A DNA stretch of 64,000 bases, from contig CBDEUS010000002.1 of the NCBI GenBank assembly GCA_965243395.1, positions 96,001 through 160,000 on the forward strand. Reading direction: 5' to 3'. The notes under the pieces were generated by a model. That model was not told the DNA's origin, made no database searches, and saw only the letters and a program-made list of their open reading frames with translations. The number at the start of each line of letters is the position of its first letter. Within the stretch, counting starts at the first letter, position 1. A program made the translations under genes and the position numbers. Positions 57,688-64,000 of this stretch are shown here, in pieces. Source of the DNA: Gammaproteobacteria bacterium. Its GTDB lineage: Bacteria > Pseudomonadota > Gammaproteobacteria > UBA4575.

Positions 57688-58812
57688 ATGCTGATTGAAA
57701 ACGCCAATCTAAAAAAAATAGATATCCCCTTTGTAGTCTCTTTTAAACACTCCTCTGCCGAACGATCTAAAACGGAGAGTGTTCTCGTAGAGATGATTTC
57801 CAAAAGCAGTATATCTGGTTATGGGGAATCATGTCCAAGAGAATATGTAACATCAGAAAATATTGAGAGTGTAAAAGTATTTTTTAATAAAAATATTCTC
57901 TCTTTCAAAGATTATGTAAATGACATAGATAGCCTAAAAATTTGGTTGGGAAACAATATTGAAAGTATTGATCTTAATCCTGCAGCAATGTGTGCTATTG
58001 AAATGGCCTTTTTAGATATGTTTTCAAAAAATAAGGGTATATCAATTGAGAATTCAATAGGCATTCCTGAACTGCAAGGTCAATTTAAATATACAGCAGT
58101 AATTGGAGATAGTAGTTCAGAAATATTTTATAGCATTCTTAAAAAGTATATTGATATGGGTTTTGATGATTACAAAATTAAGCTCTCTGGTATCTTAGAG
58201 AAGGATCAAGAAAAATGTCATATATTAAATACTAAACTAACATTCCCTTTTCGCTTACGCTTCGATGCTAATAATTTATGGAATAATCATGAAACTGCGA
58301 TCAGTTACTTATCTAAACTAGATATCGATTATTTTGCAATTGAAGAACCCCTTACACCAAATGATTATCTAGGTTTAGCCAAACTCTCAAGTGAGCTAAA
58401 TAAACAAATCATATTAGATGAGAGTTTTTTGAACCTTGGTCAATTCGATAACCTCTTTGAAAATCCTGAAATGTGGATAATTAATCTTCGAGTATCAAAA
58501 ATGGGCGGTTTATTAAGATCAATGAAGATTATTGATATAGCAAAAAATCATGGGATTAAAATAATTATCGGTGCTCAGGTCGGTGAAACAAGCCTTCTTA
58601 CAAGAGCAGCTCTAACTATTGCAAATTATGCAAGAGATATTCTTATTGCCCAAGAAGGTGCGTTTGGAAATTTATTACTGAAATCAGATTTATGTGATTC
58701 ACCCATTATGTTTGGTAAATCAGGCATCCTTGATTCTTCCAAATTACAAACAACCAGCTCTGGCTTTGGGTTTGAACTTAAAAACTACGAACACTTCGAG
58801 CAGCTAAGTTAG
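57688..58812 (+). CDS. Enolase-superfamily (mandelate racemase/muconate lactonizing/dipeptide epimerase-like) enzyme
   Basis: GYGESCPR, KIK, DAN, EEP, DES, KMGG. Confidence 0.85.
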   Translation: MLIENANLKKIDIPFVVSFKHSSAERSKTESVLVEMISKSSISGYGESCPREYVTSENIESVKVFFNKNILSFKDYVNDIDSLKIWLGNNIESIDLNPAAMCAIEMAFLDMFSKNKGISIENSIGIPELQGQFKYTAVIGDSSSEIFYSILKKYIDMGFDDYKIKLSGILEKDQEKCHILNTKLTFPFRLRFDANNLWNNHETAISYLSKLDIDYFAIEEPLTPNDYLGLAKLSSELNKQIILDESFLNLGQFDNLFENPEMWIINLRVSKMGGLLRSMKIIDIAKNHGIKIIIGAQVGETSLLTRAALTIANYARDILIAQEGAFGNLLLKSDLCDSPIMFGKSGILDSSKLQTTSSGFGFELKNYEHFEQLS

Positions 58813-58859
58813 TTTGCTACTTAAAGAAATACTATCAAGTTTGTAAAAAACTGACTCAA

Positions 58860-58904
58860 TGGTGGCCAGGGGCAGAATCGAACTGCCGACACGAGGATTT
58901 TCAG
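58860..58904 (-). repeat. 3' half of tRNA-Phe(GAA): att site of the adjacent integrative element
   Basis: CTGAAAATCCTCGTGTCGGCAGTTCGATTCTGCCCCTGGCCACCA with no 5' half; next to the integrase. Confidence 0.9.
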
Positions 58905-59088
58905 CCTGCTTCATAACTGTAGATACTCGTGCACGTTTCGTGTTTAATAGTAATTAAATCTTACACTTAAAACGTTTAATTAATTTTAAACGTGTCTAAT
59001 CGTAGCACGAAATCTTCCACCAAATGGTATGAAAAAAGTGCAAGGGTGGTGCAAAGTTCGCTACGAGGATTTTTTGGAGGATGACCAT

Positions 59089-60324
59089 ATGAGTAAACAT
59101 CAAATCCACTTAACCAAACACGATGTACAAAACTATCCACGACCCGAACAAGGAATGCTTCGATTGTGGGACAGCGAGATTGAAGGTTTGTATGTTTTAA
59201 TTCCAGCTGCAGGAAAACGAACCGCATACTTTCGTTATCGCATTCAAGGACGCCAACGTGATTTTCGCATTGGTCGCATCGATCGTCTGAGCTTGAAGGC
59301 AATACGTGATGAAGCCAAAAAGTGCGCCGCGAGAGTCGAGCTTGGCCAAGACATACAAGAAGCCAGAAATGCAGCTAAGCTTGCGCTACGTGAAGCCAAA
59401 AATAATCAAGGTGCGCCCAATCTCCAATTGTTTGGAGACTTCTATCAACACTATTACATCGATTATGCAAAAGCGACACTGAAAGATTATCGAAAACGTC
59501 TACGAGCCATCGAATTTAACTTTTCACAATGGTTTGATAAACGTTTAGATGAAATCAATGTGCCGTTAGTGGCTAGTTGGCGTAATCACAAACTGGCAAC
59601 ACCTGTTACAGTAGGCAAAGGCGACAATCAAAAACAACGTGAACGTACTACCGGCGCGATCAATCGACCGGTTGGCTATTTGAAAGCGCTACTCTCCGTT
59701 GCTTATGAAGAAGCGGAGCTTTTGGATCATCACCCTCTTGATCGACTCAAACCTTTGAAAGAACCTCGACACAAGCGTGATCGGTTCTTAACCAATGAAG
59801 AATTTAAACGTTTACGTAATAGTTTGCGCGGACGTGATGATTATCTACCGGTTTTAATAGAACTGGGTATTAACACAGGTTTGCGTTTGAATGAGATGCT
59901 CACCTTAGAATGGGGATCAGTTGATTTACGTAATCAGACGCTGACGGTGGAAAGTCATTACGCCAAAAGCAAACGCAAGCGAACCGTTCCACTCAATAAT
60001 TCGATTACCGCAGTCATACGTGATTGGAAACTTCGTACTCAACGCTTTGGTCCATGGGTATTCACCAATCCGAATACCGATAATCACTACGTCTCCATTT
60101 ACCGCGCATGGAATACAGCGATGCAAGAAGCCGGCATTGAAAACTTCGTGCGTCATGATTTACGCCGTACCTTTGGCAGTTGGCTCGCCGAACGCGGTGA
60201 GAGCATTTATGTGATTAAGAATTTACTCGGACACTCCAGTGTGAAAGTCACCGAAGAAAGTTATGCGTATCTACAAGACAAATCTCAACGCGATGCGGTA
60301 GAACGCCTTGAAGCGATCGCATAG
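59089..60324 (+). CDS. Tyrosine recombinase/integrase with arm-binding domain
   Basis: WDSEIEGL, TGLRLNE, HDLRRT, LLGHS, Y; GGAGG RBS favours ATG 59089. Confidence 0.95.
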   Translation: MSKHQIHLTKHDVQNYPRPEQGMLRLWDSEIEGLYVLIPAAGKRTAYFRYRIQGRQRDFRIGRIDRLSLKAIRDEAKKCAARVELGQDIQEARNAAKLALREAKNNQGAPNLQLFGDFYQHYYIDYAKATLKDYRKRLRAIEFNFSQWFDKRLDEINVPLVASWRNHKLATPVTVGKGDNQKQRERTTGAINRPVGYLKALLSVAYEEAELLDHHPLDRLKPLKEPRHKRDRFLTNEEFKRLRNSLRGRDDYLPVLIELGINTGLRLNEMLTLEWGSVDLRNQTLTVESHYAKSKRKRTVPLNNSITAVIRDWKLRTQRFGPWVFTNPNTDNHYVSIYRAWNTAMQEAGIENFVRHDLRRTFGSWLAERGESIYVIKNLLGHSSVKVTEESYAYLQDKSQRDAVERLEAIA

Positions 60325-60637
60325 TACTGCATGGAATAGTGTCATTCATGACATTAAAAACCTCGTTGTACCCGATGCGAAAGAGCTCGCCCATTTGCTC
60401 GTATCCGAAAAAGAAATCCCTGGCATCGTACGCCTGTGGCTTGGGATGTATATTCTTAGCCATCTTAAACCGGATGGAAAACTGCTTAGAAGACACCAAC
60501 GAAATCTCGTTCGCGATATTTATCAAGAGGCAATTAAAAATAATATGAAACGTAAAGATGCAATCGAGTTTATCAGTAAACAAATCCACAAAAGCCCAAA
60601 AACCATCGAGGGTTACATCGATTCTCCACGTGAGTGA
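60308..60637 (+). CDS. Hypothetical protein with C-terminal HTH-like segment
   Basis: ISKQIHKSPKTIEGYI; start uncertain. Confidence 0.5.
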   Translation: MKRSHSTAWNSVIHDIKNLVVPDAKELAHLLVSEKEIPGIVRLWLGMYILSHLKPDGKLLRRHQRNLVRDIYQEAIKNNMKRKDAIEFISKQIHKSPKTIEGYIDSPRE

Positions 60638-60836
60638 GGTGCAGAGCCCAAATCCTCGCCTCATATAAAACAATCCACTCGGTTTCTGACAGTTACGACA
60701 AAGATTTAACGAACAGTTATTTTTTCCACTGTTGTTCCACCTAAAACACCTGAGTTTTTTCAAAAAATTCCGGTTTTAACCATTATTAACCGTCGCTATG
60801 GTGCATGCTTCATAGATCGAACACGAAGGTATCAAC

Positions 60837-61103
60837 ATGGAACAAATGAGTAAAATAATTGGTTCAATACAAAATGGTGAAATCTTCACTTCAGGAGAAG
60901 CCGCAAAGTATTTAGGCGTATCGTACGAAACTCTAAAACGTGCCCGCTATACCAGCAAACTCAATGGGCAACCTGCTCCCAAACACATGCGTCTCAACTA
61001 TCGAACTGTGGTCTATCGTAAAACCAGTTTGGATGAATGGCTGAACTCACTAGAAGAATTTGAAACTGGCGCAGAGGCCAATACGGCTCTGTATGAGAAA
61101 TAG
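60837..61103 (+). CDS. AlpA/excisionase-like HTH protein
   Basis: TSGEAAKYLGVSYETL...VVYRKTSLDEWL. Confidence 0.85.
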   Translation: MEQMSKIIGSIQNGEIFTSGEAAKYLGVSYETLKRARYTSKLNGQPAPKHMRLNYRTVVYRKTSLDEWLNSLEEFETGAEANTALYEK

Positions 61104-61566
61104 AGAAAAACCATTTCGATTTAAATGGGCAGATGCAGTACGAAATTCAGACTTACCCGCTACAACAAAACACGTGTTATTAGCGCTATCGACTTATATG
61201 AAGAATACAGGAACAGACTGTTGGCCTTCTTATCAAAGGATTGCCAAAGATACGAGTCGCAACCGAACCACAGTAATTAAGCATATACAAAATGCGGTGA
61301 ATTTAGGTTGGATAGTCAAAAAAGTCAGGCACGATGTTCATGGTGATCATACAAGTAATGTGTATCTACCCAGAATTCCTAACAGTAGTCTTACTAAACA
61401 ACTACCTGGTTGCAAACAACAACAACCTTGGTCAAAACTAAATGGGACAGTAGTAGCAGCAGCCGACTCTAACAATACAATTAACCATATAACTAACAAG
61501 ACGAATACGGTTATTAATGTAGAAGAATCAAGAAAACAAGTGCGTGAACTCGTAGGCTTAAAGTAA
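61060..61566 (+). CDS. Phage replication-initiator-like winged-helix protein
   Basis: KHVLLALS..CWPSYQRIAKDT..SNVY; start uncertain. Confidence 0.75.
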   Translation: MKLAQRPIRLCMRNREKPFRFKWADAVRNSDLPATTKHVLLALSTYMKNTGTDCWPSYQRIAKDTSRNRTTVIKHIQNAVNLGWIVKKVRHDVHGDHTSNVYLPRIPNSSLTKQLPGCKQQQPWSKLNGTVVAAADSNNTINHITNKTNTVINVEESRKQVRELVGLK

Positions 61567-61580
61567 CAGGAATTTCAAAG

Positions 61581-61808
61581 ATGGATGATGGTTATGTACA
61601 TATTTCAGTAGTTGAACATTTAGTATCGTTAGGCTTCGATGATGTGACAATGTGCAGCTTAAATGAGAAGCAGCTAAAAGCGATGGAAACATTAGCAAAA
61701 GAAGCAGGTATCAAGATACTCGATGAAAATCCAGAAGAGTATTTAAAAATTAATAATTATTCCCCACATTTCAAATTGATTAAGGGCGGCGGGAAAGGGA
61801 GACAATGA
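61581..61808 (+). CDS. Hypothetical protein
   Basis: 75-aa ORF, ends FKLIKGGG. Confidence 0.55.
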   Translation: MDDGYVHISVVEHLVSLGFDDVTMCSLNEKQLKAMETLAKEAGIKILDENPEEYLKINNYSPHFKLIKGGGKGRQ

Positions 61809-61839
61809 CTTAAATTAATTACTAAATTAGAAAGCCAAA

Positions 61840-62598
61840 TTATTCAGAAAAAAATTCTTTTATAATATATTCACTACCTGAAATTATATTTTCATATAAA
61901 GCAAATGAAAAACTTAATAAACTTAATAATAATAATATCAAAATCACTATCCTAACTGGCTTTCGTATAGTCGAGTACCTCCCAAATACCTCCCAAAATA
62001 ATTCACGCTCAACCTCTTTAGTCTGTTCTATATCAAGCTCATTATCTGAATTTAATATAGGCATGCCTAAAGAATAAATTTTACTTTTGTACTCAAAATA
62101 TAGTACTGATTGATTTTCTTGAACATTAACTAATGGTATATCAGAAGCCTTAATGCCAAAATTTGATAATTCAGACTTACTTAGCTCTTTTATATATCCT
62201 TTTGTTTTTATTCTTTCAAAAAATTTTGGGAGCTCACTTTTTGCTTTCACAATATCTAATGAAATCCATGCAATCCAGCGTGGAGCATGTTTGTGAGACT
62301 TATAATCTGAAAATGATGAGTATGTCTTGATAAATTTTGGGCAAAATATCATATAAAGTATATATGCAATGACAAAAAACAAGGATGCAGCCCAAAGATA
62401 TTGCCATGTAAATGGAAGTTGAAAATTTATAGTTAACGAAGAATTTTCATTAACTTTGAATATAACTTGCTCGGGAACATTTTCTAATATTTTTGCAATT
62501 GCAGGTACAATTGCAAACCAAGCCACAAGATAGCGAAATACAGTTATATTAAATTTTTCGTTATACCATTGCCAATGAGAATATACATTATTCAACAT
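61840..62598 (-). CDS. Hypothetical membrane protein (3 TM)
   Basis: Overlaps the radical SAM stop; AT-rich cargo. Confidence 0.7.
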   Translation of the reverse strand: MLNNVYSHWQWYNEKFNITVFRYLVAWFAIVPAIAKILENVPEQVIFKVNENSSLTINFQLPFTWQYLWAASLFFVIAYILYMIFCPKFIKTYSSFSDYKSHKHAPRWIAWISLDIVKAKSELPKFFERIKTKGYIKELSKSELSNFGIKASDIPLVNVQENQSVLYFEYKSKIYSLGMPILNSDNELDIEQTKEVERELFWEVFGRYSTIRKPVRIVILILLLLSLLSFSFALYENIISGSEYIIKEFFSE

Positions 62599-63818
62599 TT
62601 CACTTTATCCCACTTATAAATTTTCCTTCCGGATTTATCTTTATCACCATTAAAGTATACTCCATAAAAAGTTGTTGGGTTAAATGGTGAATCCAGATTT
62701 TGCCAACGATGAAGCAAATAATCCTCAACAGTATTATGTGCATTATTTCTTTTTGGTAATCGAGAATTTGAATTTAAGTGTTTATCAATTGATCCAGCTG
62801 GTTTCCAATATTTTTGGATTCGATCGTATGTAATATTTTCAAATCCAGATTTTTTAACCGCATGACTTATTTGATACTTATTCCAATTTTCAAATCCATC
62901 AAATTGATCTACTCCACTACAACAACAGTTTGTGTCTGACATATATTGAAGCTCATTATCAGCAGCACCAAATGTTATCCCAAATTTATTAGAAGCTGAT
63001 TTAACTTCTTTTAGTCGTTCAATCTTATATTCAGGAGGTAGCACATATTCTCTACCATCACGATTGGCTTTAGATAATTTATAATGATTATTTATATCAA
63101 AATCTAACTTAAGCGATAGGCGTCGCCATAACTCATTATTTTTTTCAATTGGTAGTTTCAAGTGTTCTAAACCGAGATGCTTTATCCCACTTGCAGCAAT
63201 TGCGCTTACAAACTTGCTTGGATCTTCACTTACATTTGGTATATATGGTTGCCATCTAACAGTTGTATTAATACCATTTCGCGATAGCTTACTTATTGCT
63301 TTTAATTTTTCTGAGGATGTAGGCGCATGTGGTTCAGAATAATTAGAAATCTCATTTATTGCACTAGAGAAAGAATACTGAACAACTAAATGTGGATTAG
63401 ATTTTAGAACATCTAAATATTCTTTTTCAGCAACTAGCGGTGATTTTGTACTTATTACTACAGGATAATTTATCTCACATAAATATTTTAAAATCGCTAA
63501 TGACACCCCACTTTTTTTCTCTGCAGGTTGAAATGGATCACTCATACCTCCGAAATGTAGCGGAAGTCGATGTCTTATAGCTTCTGAAACAATACCTGTG
63601 GCCGTATCCGGATGTTTTATCGCAAATTTAAATCTTTTAATAATTTTTTCAGGATCTGCAATTTTTAATTTTTTAGATGAAGTATTTCCCCCTCGAAGTC
63701 TGGCAAAACAGTAGCTACAGTTAAAATTACATCCCGAATATGTATCAAGCCTAAAAGGTAAACCACAAAAACTGAATTGGCTAGTGATTCCAATTGGCGT
63801 CGTATATTCTATTGTCAT
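62592..63818 (-). CDS. Radical SAM protein (spore-photoproduct-lyase-like)
   Basis: DTYSGCNFNCSYCFA, GGMSDPFQPAE, ISTKS, EPHAP. Confidence 0.88.
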   Translation of the reverse strand: MTIEYTTPIGITSQFSFCGLPFRLDTYSGCNFNCSYCFARLRGGNTSSKKLKIADPEKIIKRFKFAIKHPDTATGIVSEAIRHRLPLHFGGMSDPFQPAEKKSGVSLAILKYLCEINYPVVISTKSPLVAEKEYLDVLKSNPHLVVQYSFSSAINEISNYSEPHAPTSSEKLKAISKLSRNGINTTVRWQPYIPNVSEDPSKFVSAIAASGIKHLGLEHLKLPIEKNNELWRRLSLKLDFDINNHYKLSKANRDGREYVLPPEYKIERLKEVKSASNKFGITFGAADNELQYMSDTNCCCSGVDQFDGFENWNKYQISHAVKKSGFENITYDRIQKYWKPAGSIDKHLNSNSRLPKRNNAHNTVEDYLLHRWQNLDSPFNPTTFYGVYFNGDKDKSGRKIYKWDKVKC

Positions 63819-64000
63819 TCCTGTGGCTATAAATTAAGAATAAATACAGGGTTGTCACATAGTATATTCCGATCAATATCGAAAAAACTCTGGATAGTAT
63901 CTGCCTAATTCAATTTGTTAAAATTCAGAGTCGTGAATATGAGAAATCTCCCTGAGTGCAGTGAACCGCTTATCTGCCTAACTTGAAAAATTGTGAAATC

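Larger units (their letters stand above)
58860..64000. mobile_element. P4-like/satellite-type integrative element at tRNA-Phe (continues beyond window)
   Basis: att + tyrosine integrase + AlpA-like + replication-type HTH + AT-rich cargo. Confidence 0.8.

Noticed and set aside
58860-58904. Complete tRNA-Phe gene (also 25448-25492)
   Set aside because: Only anticodon loop to CCA is present; the D arm and 5' acceptor strand are missing.
60248-60763. Minus-strand 171-aa ORF
   Set aside because: Overlaps the integrase end and the co-oriented plus-strand ORF; no recognisable motif.

Overview
Low-GC, probably gammaproteobacterial chromosome segment (lineage inferred from gene content). 1-17.7 kb, minus strand: a sigma54/NtrC-type nitrogen-scavenging region with a urea ABC transporter (urtABCDE), urease (ureDABCEFG), formamidase fmdAB and a second urt-like amide ABC transporter. 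18-25.4 kb: MATE and EamA exporters behind a leader-peptide attenuator, a HAMP histidine kinase and a solute-binding protein. Two 3'-half tRNA-Phe (att-like) copies at 25.45 kb and 58.86 kb bracket a ~33 kb accessory block: NhaD, Ppk2, PspA-YqiJ-flotillin, two desaturase/DCC1 clusters and a candidate translation-stress operon (48.9 to 39.8 kb, minus strand). That operon reads: sigma70-like promoter; 51-codon leader containing all 20 amino acids; five-segment attenuator; rrn-type boxA; 27 tRNA genes covering all 20 amino acids, enclosed by a perfect 23-bp leader/trailer inverted repeat and containing an ~860-nt GOLLD-like RNA with a nested tRNA; HNH; a second structured RNA with a tRNA-like domain; slipin; a SEC-C gene that needs two +1 frameshifts; rtcB; and an RlaP-like nucleotidyltransferase. 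From 58.9 kb a P4-like integrative element begins (integrase, AlpA-like, replication-type HTH, radical SAM plus membrane cargo). All calls come from reading the sequence; no database searches were run.
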